In this document: piece after piece, positions 1-19,250 of the stretch
How the letters are laid out: every line of letters starts with the position of its first letter
Numbering within the stretch: the first letter of the stretch is position 1
DNA from: Bugula neritina
Lineage: Eukaryota > Animalia > Bryozoa
Length of the DNA stretch: 64,000 nt
Direction: 5' to 3'
Assembly: GCA_964035545.1 (NCBI GenBank)
Contig: OZ037769.1
Span: 434,001 to 498,000, forward strand
Position numbers and translations under genes: made by a program
The notes under the pieces: model-generated
What the model was told of the DNA's origin: nothing
The model's database searches: none
What the model saw: the letters and a program-made list of their open reading frames with translations, nothing else

Positions 1-3000
1 CCTGCTGCTACTAGCACAACGTGTTCCAGCACTATGAGTACGTATTTGTACTATAACTGTTGTCTCTAGAATCGTTTAGCTATATTATAGTTATTTATCA
101 TATTTTTATAAAAAACAAGAACATGTACTATATGGAATTATTACTAGATATTTTATGTTTCTATATCTATTACTATATTACTTATATATAACTTCTAATA
201 ATTTTAAATAATTATTAATATAGTTTTAAATATAATAGCAATATATTTGATTAAACTTTTGCAGTGAGGTATGATAGATTAAAAATGACATATTTTTAGC
301 CGAAAAGACTGTTTGGTATAAAACTGCAGGTTTATAAACCAAAACTTTCTCCAAACAAAAGATGTTACAAAATAGGAAACATTTGAAGTTATTATATTTA
401 GATCGAGTTGCATTGTGCGCCTATTTACTCTGACATATATATAGCTACCTTAACTCAAAAGTAGAAATCCTAAATTAGTTAATAAAATATATTAACATAC
501 TATTTTGAAGTTAAATATATAATGCTGCGAACACTGTAATTAAATATTGATTTGAGTAGTATAAATAGTCTTGGATCAAATAGTGTGATTTTAAATAAAT
601 ATATCAATACAATTACCAGCTAATTGGTTTATTCCTACAGCTCCCCTGCCCCCTCTAGAAGGATGTTATACAGCAACAGTCACCTGGGAGAAGAACCGTT
701 GTGCCGTACAGAAGCAGATGGTAAGACTAGTCAACACCGAGAACAGGAGAGATTTGGTTCCAGCATACGTACAGGTTGTGGGTTGTTGCGACACAGACGG
801 CTGTGAGGTGGCTGGGCGCAAAGAACGTGAGAAACTAAAAATAGACATTGTTGGCTTGCAGACTTGATACACTGCAGTAGAAAATTAGCATCAAAAATAG
901 CTAACTGTTATAGTTGGTTCAAAGAACAAAGTATTTGCACACAATCAAATTGAATTTGATAAATATATGTTTTATCCACTATATATCTGTTTGAGGCACT
1001 TCTGCCATATAGAGTTGATTCATAAACTATTTGACGTATAAGATTGTATAATAGTGGAGATATCATTTCAACCACCAATTAGTATGATCTATATTATAGC
1101 TGTAAACTATAGTACCATACATGTTTGTAGAGAGTCACACCTGTAGATTTGGATCTGGCAAAAACGTGGTGAGTGTTCCATGTGCGTCGGACTGTTTCAC
1201 AATTCTTACCAACAAGAATGGCAAAGAAGAGTGAGTAAATGTGTTGAGCTATTTTTAGAACTTACAGTTTAGCTTCATGAAAATACAAGTTTTAATCAAA
1301 TTTCTAAGTAGAATGATAAAACTTTTTTTTTGATTGTGTTAATGAAGACCTATAATGTCGGAAATTAAAAGGAATATCAGTTACAGTGAATGTCACTGAA
1401 AGTTAGCAAAGGAACATCTCTTGCAATACTCGCGTTTAATTATGCCACTGAAAACTGTTTATATAGTAAATGTCTAGCAAGTTTGAAACATATGAGGTTT
1501 AAAGAAATTTAGGTTCGTATAAGAAAACTAGCAAAAGTATTTAGACAAAGTAAAATATTCTATTCCCTCTGGATGTAGAGTGATGCACGGGTGTCTCAGC
1601 GACTTCAAACACAAATACCTTGAAGAGTATGACGACGACGACGTCGAGTCATGTTCGTCGGACTACAGGAAGGGGATGTGTAAGGACGTCAAGTTTGGAG
1701 AACAATCAGAGGAAGTGAGTATGGTATAGCCTTTTTAAGTATAATTTAGTTTAAAGGAGTACTTTTCCACTGTCCCAACTTGCATGTTAGCTATACTCTA
1801 AGGAACTGAACTGACACCAGCAAAGTTTCCAGGATAGGAGATGATAACTTCACATGAGTTTATTATGTTGATTTACAATTTAGATTGTAAAACACTGATA
1901 TTCTAGCTTGAGAAAAGCTGTCAGAAATAAATTGTTCCATTGGCCATGTAAAAAATAATAAAATTGCAACATGCTTGCAAAAAGCAAATTTACCCAGAGG
2001 CTATTAGGACTGGAAGCAGAAAAATGATGTAGAAAGCACTAGTTAACCTTATTAGCTGTTTGGCTACATAAACGCCCTAAGGCTGTGCTGCTAGCATGGC
2101 CTGAAGCTATATAGTATATGTAGTATATATAGAGTAGTCTATATAATGTATAGAATAGTCTATAGTGTATAGTATAGTATATAGTGTATAGAATAGTATA
2201 TAGTGTATAGAATAGTCTATAGTGTATAGAATAGTCTATGGTGTATAGAATAGTATATGGTGTATAGAATAGTCTATAATGTATAGAATAGTATATGGTG
2301 TATAGAATAGTATATGGTGTATAGAATAGTCTATAGTGTATAGAATAGTATATGGTGTATAGAATAGTATATAGTATATAGAATAGTATATAGTGTATGG
2401 AATAGTATATAGTGTATGGAATAGTCTATGGTGTATAGAATAGTATATGGTGTATAGAATAGTCTATGGTGTATAGAATAGTATATGGTGTATAGAATAG
2501 TATATAATGTATAGAATAGTATATAGTGTATAGAATAGTATATGGTGTATAGAATAGTCTATGGTGTATAGAATAGTATATGGTGTATAGAATAGTATAT
2601 GGTGTATAGAATAGTCTATAGTGTATAGAATAGTATATAGTGTATGGAATAGTATATTATAGTGTATAGAATAGTCTATAGTGTATAGAATAGTCTATGG
2701 TGTATAGAATAGTATATGGTGTATAGAATAGTCTATGGTGTATAGAATAGTATATGGTGTATAGAATAGTATATGGTGTATAGAATAGTCTATAATGTAT
2801 AGAATAGTATATGGTGTATAGAATAGTCTATAATGTATAGAATAGTATATGGTGTATAGAATAGTCTATAATGTATAGAATAGTATATGGTGTATAGAAT
2901 AGTCTATAATGTATAGAATAGTATATGGTGTATAGAATAGTATATGGTGTATAGAATAGTCTATAATGTATAGAATAGTATATGGTGTATAGAATAGTCT

Positions 3001-3870
3001 ATAATGTATAGAATAGTATATGGTGTATAGAATAGTATATAGTGTATGGAATAGTATATTATAGTGTATAGAATAGTATATGGTGTATAGAATAGTATAT
3101 GGTGTATAGATTAGTATATAGTGTATAGAATAGTATATAGTGTATAGAATAGTATATGGTGTATAGAATAGTATATAGTGTATAGAATAGTATATAGTGT
3201 ATGGAATAGTATATTATAGTGTCTAGAATAGTATATAGTGTATAGAATAGTATATGGTGTATAGAATAGTATATGGTGTATAGTATAGTATATAGTAGAT
3301 AGTGAAGTCTACTGTATAATATAGTCATGACAAAAGTTGTTATATTGGCATGGATGAATTAAGAGCTGTTATAAATAATTTATAGTGCACATTACGCTGC
3401 ACATGCAAGCTAGCCCTGCCCAAATGTGTTTCTACTTTAGTATAAATATTAATATGTTTAATATTACATAAATATATAACAAACGCCAAATTAGAATTGA
3501 TTGTATATAACATAAACACTAACTTTTCTAAAAACATGCATAGAAAGTTTTGCAGGTTTAAAAAATATTAAATTCTCAACTCACAAACCCAATTCTTAAA
3601 AGAAGCATCAACTCATCAAATGATTGGAATTGAGAGCTAGATATGGTTATTAGCAATTTAAAACCCAGAGTCTTATGTATAGTAGCAGAGTTTCTTCTTT
3701 ATTCACTGCAGGCCTGTTTGAGATGCTGTCAAGAAGATAACTGTAACACCTGGACCTCTAAATTAGACCTGTTAGGGAAAGACTCTGGTGGTGGCAATAG
3801 AGCTCATTTAACTTTCCCTTCTTGCTTTGGAGTTATCTTTCTTGGATTATCTATTCTCACAATCTCATAA
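1..3870 (+). CDS. 3' part of a multi-domain Ly6/uPAR (three-finger, LU)-like GPI-anchored protein; 5' end outside window
   Basis: Phase-compatible exons 1-37, 641-826, 1131-1230, 1579-1714, 3712-3870 (GT..AG). The translation has two LU-type C-terminal motifs (GCCDTDGC, RCCQEDNCN) and intervening Cys spacing (HTC..PCASDCFT..HGC..SC..MC). It ends in a small-residue stretch plus hydrophobic tail (DSGGGNRAHLTFPSCFGVIFLGLSILTIS*), as in GPI signals. Exon 1-37 is the least certain. Confidence 0.75.
2110..3300. repeat. 19-bp minisatellite (TAGAATAGTATATGGTGTA variants), about 60 copies, in the last intron of the Ly6-like gene
   Basis: Directly visible tandem periodicity; accounts for spurious ORF 3059..3328. 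Confidence 0.95.
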
Positions 3871-4700
3871 GTGCTTTGTTTTACTATAGTTAATTTGCTA
3901 TATAATTCACTTCATCTCTTTCAACTAGACAATTTATTTTGCAAAATATTAAAGTTTTATTAAAAAGTTTTGTGAGTGTTATAATATTTTACTAATTGAG
4001 AAGTTGATGTTTTCTTTAAGCTGTTGTCTTTACAGAGAAAATTTTATGACGAATATGCTCAAAATATGTGAGTTATTCTGAAAATGCTTCTATTTTTTGA
4101 CAGCTACTGTTTCAATGGTGTGAATAAAGAATCCAATCATGAGCAAAGGATATGAACTTTTAAGCAATGTCAGTGATGCACATATTATGATGAATAATTC
4201 AGATGCAAGCATTGTATCTAATCAAAACTAAACAGCATATTTTATAAAGAGTACCTGTTACAAGAGTTTCTTCATGCAGGAGTATAAAAATGACTTTGTC
4301 ATCAGTCAGCAGGTGATTTTAGTACATGAAACTTTCAACAGCAACTCAACACTCACTATGATTAAATCAACCATGCAGTGCTATACATTAAGCTGTGGCT
4401 GACACTAAATATAAAAATAACTATTATTGAAAAAGTATAGAACTTCAAATGGTTTCAAAGATTATGCTGCCAATTTTTGCTTATCCAAAAGTTTCAATTA
4501 ATTTATGAACTAAAAGCCTAATTGAGCTGTAGCAATAGTTGGTACAATAAAGAAAAAGAATTTTACTATATATAATGGAAAAAAGTTTTACGTGACAATT
4601 TCACCGGTTTATATAAGTTTACATTCATTTTTTTGAAGCAACTTTAAACAATGATGATCACATTTTAGCTGTTTTGTTTCAAATGCTCTTCTACAAAACT

Positions 4701-5060
4701 TTATATCAACTGCCAGATTTTCAATTTCCAACTCACCAACTTTCAACTCACTTGGGTTTACAGAAGAATCAATAAGTTAACAAAAATGCACCAGCTAGCA
4801 TACATTTTCATCTATAATTGATGTGTTGCTATTAAACTAATGCTGCATGAGGGAATAGCATATCACATTCTACCCCACAGCAGATCTCTGAATATCAATA
4901 TATCCACTATAGTATATAATTCAGCTATAATAGCTACAAATCTTTCACATGTTGTGTGTTTGATAAATTGAGCAAAATTCTACTCTTTACTGCACAAAAA
5001 TTTATGTCAACTGCCAGATTTTCAGTTTCCAACTCACCGACTTTAAACTCACTTGGGTTT
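4701..5060 (+). repeat. About 60-bp imperfect direct repeat (4701-4759 and 5002-5060)
   Basis: TCAACTGCCAGATTTTCA(A/G)TTTCCAACTCACC(A/G)ACTTT(C/A)AACTCACTTGGGTTT occurs twice about 300 bp apart. Confidence 0.8.
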
Positions 5061-6052
5061 CCAAAAAAATCAGTGTGTTAATATTTAATTTATTCTGCAA
5101 CTGGTGAATGCTGCCATGGTTTATATAATTATGTAATGCATCCTTTAAAAATATAATGGGTTCAGTAAAATAGTATCTTACTGAACCCATTATATAGCAC
5201 ATATATATGTCAAATTATATGTCTATCAATTAGTATATATAATAAGCTTTGGAGAAGTATGCATGTATATATATAATTGACATATACATCTGTATAATAT
5301 GTAATATATGTGTGAACAACTGTGAATTTGTTACTCTGTAACTTTTTATTGCTTTGGTACTTAATTTTCATATTTTTGATAGAGGCACCATTCAGATAAA
5401 GGTCAACAACTTTAAATACAGACATTGCATCTATCAATTGGCAAGGAGAGGTCTTCTATAGGCAATACATAATAATTTGAGTTTTGTCTAATGAAAAATA
5501 TTATTTACAGAACTCTACCAAATTTTGAAAGTTTAATATATGTTTATTTCGAAAAAGCTTTTTGTTATTCAAGCTACAAAAATTGCGGATAAACAAGTTA
5601 TTATAATATATTGATACCATAATATATTATAATATATTGATACCATACTGAAAGCCCCAGGGCTATGCATGCAGTTATTCTAAGCAAAAAGCAATTTTAA
5701 AAGATACAAAATAGCAATGAATGCATAAAGCCTGATGTTGACTAATCTTTTTATGGTGAAACAGTTTAAATTTATATATAGAACAAAAACAACTGAGTAT
5801 AATAGGTACACCTAAGATAAATAAGGTAACCTCTACAACACAGAACATAAACTGAATGCATGAAACAAAAAGTGCTCATTGCCACAACAAATTTATTACA
5901 CTTTGTCAAGAGTAGTTCGAATCCAATGATTTGTTAAATGTGTCACACAATAGTAGTGATGACACATGTGACACATGTTGCAAATGTCACATGACACATG
6001 TCACATGACACATGACACATGTGTAGCAATGCACCGAGTGCTTTGAAGGTAA

Positions 6053-9164
<3,112 letters not shown>

Positions 9165-9420
9165 GACGAACTTTGTAGAGTGATGCGGGCACGTTCTAAC
9201 TTGCAATAGAACAGCAAGATAGCTTGTGAGCATGTTTGAAGTAGACAGCTGTATAAAACATTACAGTAAAATTGATTTAGTATATTAAATATTTATATAA
9301 TTTTCATATTATATGTTCGATATATTGAAATAAATCGGTCATCAATACATGTGACAGATCCTTTATGTTAGTGTGTCAAACGCATAGTGATGGTTGCTAT
9401 GGTATTAGATATATGTATGT

Positions 9421-9695
<275 letters not shown>

Positions 9696-10160
9696 CAAAC
9701 TGCTTTATAAGCACTTAACATCAGAGAGATATGAATAAATATTTTTATTATAGTATATAAGCAGTTAGTTATCACATGTGGTGAAAGATGTAAAGTTACT
9801 CTAATTTCATCTGAAGAGAACTGACCTTATTAACCCTTTCTCTGGAGAATATGCATAGAAGTAAATTATTTGTATCTGATTATATTTGGTTGGTGTCTGC
9901 TAACAACACACTTGCCTGCACAGTGCAAATAAAACAAGGAATAGCCGAGATAAATAATGTTGCTTTGACTATTTTATTTAAAACTAATGTTAAATACTTA
10001 TCATGGTGTACTCCATGTAGTCACATATCTTTTTAACACACCATAATTATAGTTTAAAGTACTACAATCATATTGAGAATAACTTTAAAGAGTAATAAAA
10101 TACAATACGGTACGTTAGCCATTCGGAACGGGTAGCCTAGAAGCAATAGTGTGTAGAGAC

Positions 10161-11300
10161 CAGGGTTGGGGTCAATTACATGTAAATGTAATTAATTACA
10201 ATTACAATTACATGAAGATTTGTCAATTACAATTACAATTATAATTACAGTTGAAAATAAATGTAATTAATTACAATTACAATTACATGGCAATGTAATT
10301 AATTACAATTACAATTACTTTTGTTCTCGCAAGGAATAAATAGAAGTTACTTCTAGGGTCCAACTACCAGCGGCAATGGTGAACCTCTTTTGTTTTCTAC
10401 AGTGATACTATTATGTCATTCCATACCAAATCAACCAACTTTCAAGGAGTCCCACATCTTTGTGTCTCAGATTTTGCTCATATTTACACTAAATGGACCT
10501 ACACATGTTCAGATTACCATTCGTGAATATTTCTGGCCTGACACAAAAACATTTTGAGAAATTACTACTTTGGTGAACAAAGGTTGGAAAATTTGTGATT
10601 TATACTTTTAGACCAATTTATATGTAATTTAAAATTTGATTAGGCGAGTATTTGAAATTTTTCAAAATTTGCAAAGATTTGTTCATATTCAATGATTTTG
10701 CACATATGCACACAAAGTATTCTGTAGTATGTGTTGCTACTAGTGCAAATTGTTGGGTATTATCAAATCACAGCAAATTTTAAGGCTCAGTCTGGAAAAT
10801 TGATTGAGATATAGACGTTTATAGATTAGTCTAAAAATAGAAATCACAAATTTTCCTCAAAATGTTTCTCAACTTTTGTCCACAAAAGTAGTCAGTTCTC
10901 AAAAAAAATTTGTGTCAGGTCAGAAATACTGAAGAAGAGTACTTGAGGCATGTGTAGGTCTATTTGGTGTAAACATTAACAAAATCTGAGACGCAAATAG
11001 ACGCGGGCAATTCGGTGAGCTGGCATGGAATGACCCTACTATATAGACCTAACTATCTGAACTTGTTATTTAACAGTAGGCATTGTAGAAAAAGGAGTTT
11101 TTTAAGATTTAAAAGTTTGAAGTAATTGACATGTAATTATAAAGTAATTGTAAAAATCAATTACATTAGATATGTAATTAATTACAATTACAATTACAAT
11201 TACATTTTTAAACCTCAATTACAAATTACATTCAATTACTTGAAAAAATGTAATTAATTACAGCCAATTACAATTACAAATTACAATTACCCCAACCCTG
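10161..11300. mobile_element. Non-autonomous hAT-like DNA transposon (1140 bp)
   Basis: TIR CAGGGTTGGGGT ... ACCCCAACCCTG; perfect 8-bp TSD GTAGAGAC at 10153-10160 and 11301-11308; subterminal AATTAC arrays at both ends; no transposase ORF. Confidence 0.9.
10413..11036. mobile_element. MITE with about 200-bp imperfect TIRs nested inside the hAT-like element
   Basis: Left arm GTCATTCCATACCA..GTCTCAGATTTTG..GACCTACACATG..CCTGACACAAA..TTTTGAGAA matches the reverse complement of the right arm ending TGGCATGGAATGACCC; TSD not clear. Confidence 0.78.
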
Positions 11301-12915
11301 GTAGAGACATACAAATATACTATATTATATATAGTACCAGCTTTGTGTTCATTTCTGAATAATTTCGAATTTTATAGACAATTGTGGTTGAAGTTTCTCA
11401 AGCCAATTGAGCTTATCGAGGTTATATATAAGTTGATTTTAAAACGGAACTAATTGGAATTACTTAAAATACTAACTGAAGTTTGCAAATTATTAAAAGA
11501 AACCAATTTTAGATATCATTTACTTAATTTACTTGGTAATCAATCAATTTACTCAAATTGTCTCAATCAATTTGCTTTTTTAATTTGACTGAGTTTTTCG
11601 ACATAAATAATTTTCTATGACACAGAAATTATTGCTCCAAGTCTTCTCTCCTCTCACCACGCCCATTAACCAGTTTAGATTTTTACTGCTCAAGAATCTA
11701 TATGATCTGCAGCTTGTATTCAGAATCTTGCATTGACTGAGATATATAATTTCTAACTCTGGTTTCGACATAATGCCGGTGCATATACAACTGGTGCAAG
11801 TATAAATTATTTATGCAACAAAAGTGATTCAATACACAGCATGCAGGTTCAAAAATCCTCAACTCATGAATAATCTAGCTGTTTTTTGGTTCATGAGATG
11901 CAATATATAATGATCTCTCAACTGTCTGCATATATTATGGTTAGGCACATAATTTATAATATACTTTAGGAGAAAAAAAAATTAAATTAGATATTTTAGA
12001 CAAAAGTGATAAAATGGTTTGTTGCGTTTATTTACTTACCTGCAACAGGCATCATTCATCTGTTTTTTGCAGTTGACTATTATTTTTGTGGCTAGGTTAA
12101 ATTAGTGGGGGGGGCTGCTGTTTTTCACCTCACCTTTGTTAGGTTATGTTGATACCCTGGGGCTATGCAGCAAATCTTTATCACGTTGTTGACACCAGAA
12201 ATCGTTGTGAAGTTTTTAGGCAAAATTCAACCTATGTTTGCCTCTTACTGTAACTCTTTGTAATATTTTATCATCATTTCAAAGCACTCTAATCAAAAAC
12301 TGCTATTATTTAAACCTACTTATAAAGTTTACTGAGCTCTGCATGCAAGACCGTACAAGTCATAGTATATGCAGATTGTACTCTATGAGTTTTTGCTCAC
12401 ATGCACTCCATATTATATAGCAGCAAATATTGTTAAATACTCCTATTAGTTTCATTATGTACTGATGGTTATTGGTTACTGTTCCTATATCTTACCACAT
12501 TTATACTATTCTATATATCTGTTCTCTATATATTGCTTAGCTTTTACCAGCTAACATAAACATAAACTATAGTTCAGCTGCTGAGTCTTAAGAGTCTAAC
12601 AAACAGCTTTCCATGCTTATAAATAATATATGATATTCTCTCAGAGGGATATTTATAGACTTTGGCAAAAATCAAATTTAGGATCCAGTTTTTGTTAATA
12701 TTTCATAACTCGATCAAATCATTGTGAGTCTAGGTACTTTTAAAAATAAAATCACAAATTTCTTCAGTTTTATTACATAATTTTTTGTTTAAAATAATTC
12801 TAGGTTAGTGGTAACCATATTTCTATTCACAAGAGTATTAAGAGGATAAAAACTAAATTAACGTTTGCATTTTTAAGGAAGTGGAATAGAAAATCAAGCC
12901 GATATATTTTTGTAG

Positions 12916-13157
12916 ATATTAAATGGAAGAACTCTAAGAATGCAGAGATTACTGTTGCCATGGAGACGAAGAGCATAGAGTAAGCTGGATCTAACAAGGA
13001 AGTTCTGTGTTACTATTGGGATGGAGGCATTAACCAAAACTATACTCTCATTACATGCTATCAGCCAATGGGAGGGCAGTTTGTCCAAATCCTCTTTAGT
13101 ATTAACAGTAAGCAATTGAACTTCTTTGAGGTCGAAGTTCATGGCACAATTTGGTAA
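12916..13157 (+). pseudogene. Pseudogenic copy of the last exon of the + strand PAN/F-type lectin gene
   Basis: Near-identical to 19009-19250 (SKNAEITVAMET.SIE..GSNKEVLCYYWDG..EVEVHGTIW*), but TAC>TAA gives an in-frame stop at 12981-12983. No upstream coding exons recognised. Confidence 0.85.
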
Positions 13158-13900
13158 TTTAAGCATAATGTAAGTTTCATTGAACAATAACATTAACTGA
13201 CACTGATTTATCACGCTATTTATGCTAGTTATATCTTCTATATGTAGCAAAACTATATTAAACACCAAATTTTTATTTGCTGTTGTAATTATTTTGTTAA
13301 AGCTACTGCGGTAGTATAGCTATACTTACATATGTTGTGAAGCTTTTATCTAGCATACATTTAGCAGTAACCATGAGCTAATAAGATTTGTGATGAGATA
13401 ATGTTCATTTTTGTGATTTTATTTATTAGAAGAACAATCATACATAGTTCTAAAAAGAATCATCTTTATTGTCAGCTGCAAATACCAAGAACACTATTTA
13501 TAGTTATAAAAACAAGAAATAAGACTGATCATTTCTTTTATTTTAAAAAAGATGTGCTTTCGACAACCAATGGAAATTGTTTGGACTACAATCATAACAT
13601 GATACAAACTTATATACAGAAATAAATTTAAAATCAATTATAGAAGTTGTAGTCACATGTATTCGAAAGTTACAAATAAGATGAATGCTACTTCTGACAG
13701 ATTTAGGTAGGCTTATGCATTTTGAGAGTCTGTACCCAATGCAAAACCTCATACAGAAGTAAAGCACTGCATAAAGTTTGCACTACAACCACCTAGATTG
13801 ATTTGTCATTGTAAAAAAACCGTAGATACCTTAAGCAGATATATTATTTACAGCTCAGGATCTATTTATGACACTATTGAACCCATCCAAGTCAACGCTA

Positions 13901-14245
13901 AGCCTAGGGCCACACGGCGCGTATTTTCGCATGCGAAAATTAAAATCACAAGTAGCAAAGGTGTCCACTGTGCGCGTTAAGAAAAGCTTCGCACTTGTCG
14001 CTCTGCATTTTCAACGCAAGTGCGAATCGTCTCTGTCGTCGTCACCTAATTGGCTGGTAGCTATTCAGCGAGCCCAATTTCTTTATTTAGTGCTATATTT
14101 CAGTAAATTGCGTTTTATTGAAAGCGAGTGCGATTTAAAAATTAAAGCTTTATTTATCACGCATCACTGACGCTACAGTGGACACCTTTGCTACTTGTGA
14201 TTTCAATTTTCGCATGCGAAAATACGCGCCGTGTAGCCCTAGGCT
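13901..14245. mobile_element. MITE with about 70-bp near-perfect TIRs (PIF/Harbinger-like or TA-targeting)
   Basis: AGCCTAGGGCCACACGGCGCGTATTTTCGCATGCGAAAATTAAAATCACAAGTAGCAAAGGTGTCCACTGT and its reverse complement ending at 14245; TA on both flanks. Confidence 0.9.
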
Positions 14246-14316
14246 TAATGTTTTTCTCAAGTGTACAAAATAAATTCCAAGCAATTGGTAAACCTTATAT
14301 ATATAGTTTGAGGATG

Positions 14317-15899
<1,583 letters not shown>

Positions 15900-17996
15900 C
15901 CTCAGGATGAATATTAATATGTAATGAAGTTGATTTCTAATTCCCAACAAACGAATGATTTCTTGTGTGTAACTTAATTTAAAATATAAACGTATGCGTA
16001 TACAAGTGTATACTGCAATTGACTTGGTCTATTCAATATTTATAGAGTTGTTATATAATCTATACACTGTAATCTATCTGCATACTGTGATATATTGGAT
16101 GTTACTATTCAGTAATGCTAATGATGCTATACACATGAAACATAAAGTATAAACAAACATAATATGATAATACAATACAGTATAATATTCATTTGATATA
16201 ATCAACAGGCTGTAAAGTTGCTTCAACTTCATTTGAATAAAAATTACTTTTTAACTCTTCTCTAGGGAATTTCAGAGAAATAAATTAACAGTAAATATTC
16301 AATAATGTTTGGATGGTGTCAATAACTATAGCAATACAGACGCTTGCTCTGTATATAAATATACACACAAAATCAATATCTAACCTAAATAATTTCTCTT
16401 TGGCTATTTTATATGTTAAACCAATGGTAATCACTTCATTGCAGATGCTATTTAGTCTATTGTCTCTTTCCATCATAGCGATTTTACATTCTAGATAAGT
16501 TGTATATATATAATAGAAAACATACATTGTAATATATTACAAAGTATATAGCATCAGTTTCAAACAAATATGTATGTTGGCAGACTCATCTGGTTGCATA
16601 ATTAGAGTGACCCCGGATCATTACAATTCAAGGGACTTATGTCCATAGCTATACTTGTAGACCTGCTGCTATGTTAGCTATATACTGCTTTGTTTTCAAC
16701 TTACAAAAGTGTTGTCCTTGTTGAGTGTTTGCCAAAATCTACAGATCCTTAATTGTTTTTTATTAACAAACTCTCTATAATAAGAACCCTTACATGAACA
16801 TGCAGTAAAGTTAACTGCTTATACAGTTTTCTATTTGATCAATAGAAAATTCCATATGTGCAAAGTTTCATACTTTGACCTGATAGCCTTGAGAGTTACA
16901 ATCTTTAAAAGTTAAGCTCATTTGTTTTTCAACAATCTATATAGAAATTGTCTGCTCATGACTGCTAAATATTTGTATTTGTTTCAATGAGATACAAAAT
17001 CAAGATCTCTCAACTGTCTGCATATGTTGTAATTAAACACGTAACTCGTGTTATATATAATTCTGTAATTTAAACACATTGATGTGTGGATATTATGTAG
17101 ATGCTGCAGTATCAGTATAGTCACTTACTGAGAATTTATTAATATTTTCTGCTTACAAATGCATATTTTAAAATGCTGAGAATGAAGCAATGCCATATAT
17201 TCCACTATTTTAATTGGAATAGCCTAGCTGGCAAAATAAATTTTGATTTTTAATGAAATAGAAATTTACATGATTGAGTCTTCAATTTTTATTTACATCA
17301 TATAACGCATTACTTAGTTTTTATTGTTATAGATGCAAAATGGAGAATATAAAGTAAAGAATCATAGGGTCTTGCTTTATACAATTTAAAGGCCTAATTA
17401 TATAAGTGTTATGTGTTTTACAGCAATTATTCACTAATCCCATGCAAGACAGTATAAGCGTACTTAAATAATTAGTTGGGGAATTATATATAACTATGCA
17501 GTAAACATAATAAGATAGTTTATACTTGAAGGTTTTTTCTTATTATAAATAACATATACTTTATACCTATATAACAATATTATTTAAATGTTGGCGTATA
17601 TATATTCAGTGGAAGGCCATATTGGTTTTCATTAAATTATGTCAAATTGTGTACACTATGCAGTACGCACGCACCAACAGATTAGGTTATGATTATTCAA
17701 TTGATAAACTTTCCAATAATTTTTTATCAGTGAATTAATCTATTACCATTTTTAGTTATGCGTGTGTTTCGGTGCAGCTTAGTGCATGACAGAAATTCTC
17801 ATAGTTAATAAATAATAAGTTTGCCAACTATTGTTTGTCTGGAAGCGAACATTAAAAATTTATCTCAAATTACCTTATATATCTAATGTAATAGGCCATG
17901 AGTGTATCTTACAGTTTATTGTAATGGCTGGTCACTCGATGAATGAATCTATAACCACAATAACGTTCAGTTGGTATAGCTAGTATATGTTCCAAT

Positions 17997-19250
17997 ATGA
18001 AGCTGGTTGGTGAGTTGATAGAATATATATGCTATATCTTTTAGCTTTTTAACTACTTTTAATTTTTACTGTTTACAATTAAAAGATGATCTTTCTGTAC
18101 AACATACACATACTACAGTACATCTGTATTATGTGATTACAGCAATACTAGGAATGCTGACAGTGACAGCTCTAGTCAGGTGTCAAGTGGGCCAACAGGT
18201 GTTTGTTAAGTACTCAGTGTTGGAAGATGGCTTCACTCTACTCACTAACTTTGTGGGATACACTCCTTCCCTTACCAGATGTACTCTGAAGTGTCTTGCT
18301 AGTGACAGCTGTCAGGCAGTGGTGTTTCAACTCTCTACAAGAAAGTGTCACCAGGTGTCAGAGGCAGGTGCTCCAGTATCATACAGTCCTGGAGATGTAG
18401 ATGAGAGAATATATGTCAAGCAGTCTGTGTTGAACACCTTGGACCACTTGCTGGCAAGAGGTTTAGTAGTTTTGGGTTTCATAGTGCAACAGTTTAGAGA
18501 CTAGATAAAACTATCTTTGTTGTTTGAATAAGCACGAAATAATGCGGCCTCTTTCAAAAACAACTTGCTCGGTTGATTAATTGAATACAGGTAAACCGGC
18601 GGATCAAAGTTCTACACCAATCAACTATAAAGGGGCAGAAAAGGCAAATGATGGGATATACGAGCTCATACCAGGAATTATCTCCCTCTCAGTTACTAAA
18701 GTTGAGCAGAGACCGTGGTGGAGGGTCAACCTGGAAAGGGTGTTTACAGTGTATGCTGTTCAAATACTCAATCGATACACGGGTAAGTAAGGATTGTCAA
18801 TATATATAAGACTCTGGACCCCACTGGAATTCCACTCTGAGACCTCCAACTTGATGACATATCTATTCTATTCAGAACAAGCTCAGAATAGAAATTTAAA
18901 CATTTTTGCTTGATAAAGTTTAGCTGGATAAAACATCATATGCTTGAATATTTGTAATTTCTGTAAAAAAGCAGGAAATTAAAGCAAAAATGCAATTGAA
19001 ACTTTTAGTGGACCCGGCCTGGAGGAAGTCTAAGAATGCAGAGATTACTGTTGCCATGGAGACGGAGAGCATAGAGTACACTGGATCTAACAAGGAAGTT
19101 CTGTGTTACTATTGGGATGGAGTCATTAACCAATACTATACTCTCATTACATGCTATCAGCCAATGAGAGGGCAGTTTGTCCAAATCCTCTTTAATATTA
19201 ACAATTGTTTGAATTTCTTTGAGGTCGAAGTTCATGGCACAATTTGGTAA
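17997..19250 (+). CDS. Secreted PAN/apple-like + F-type lectin domain protein, divergent paralogue (about 254 aa)
   Basis: Exons 17997-18009, 18143-18460 (318 nt), 18591-18782, 19009-19250; total 765 nt. Signal MKLVAILGMLTVTALVRC; PAN-like RCTLKC..SCQAVVF..KC; HLLARGKPADQSS..ANDG..PWWRVNL..LNR..GQFV..EVEVHG. Confidence 0.88.

Noticed and set aside
12030-12062. Strong minus-strand donor (CAG|GTAAGT) preceded by an ATG
   Set aside because: No convincing coding exon or partner acceptor; could be a non-coding exon but is unsupported.
12894-13268. Minus-strand ORF similar to ORF 19005-19274
   Set aside because: Both are antisense shadows of the duplicated plus-strand lectin last exon.
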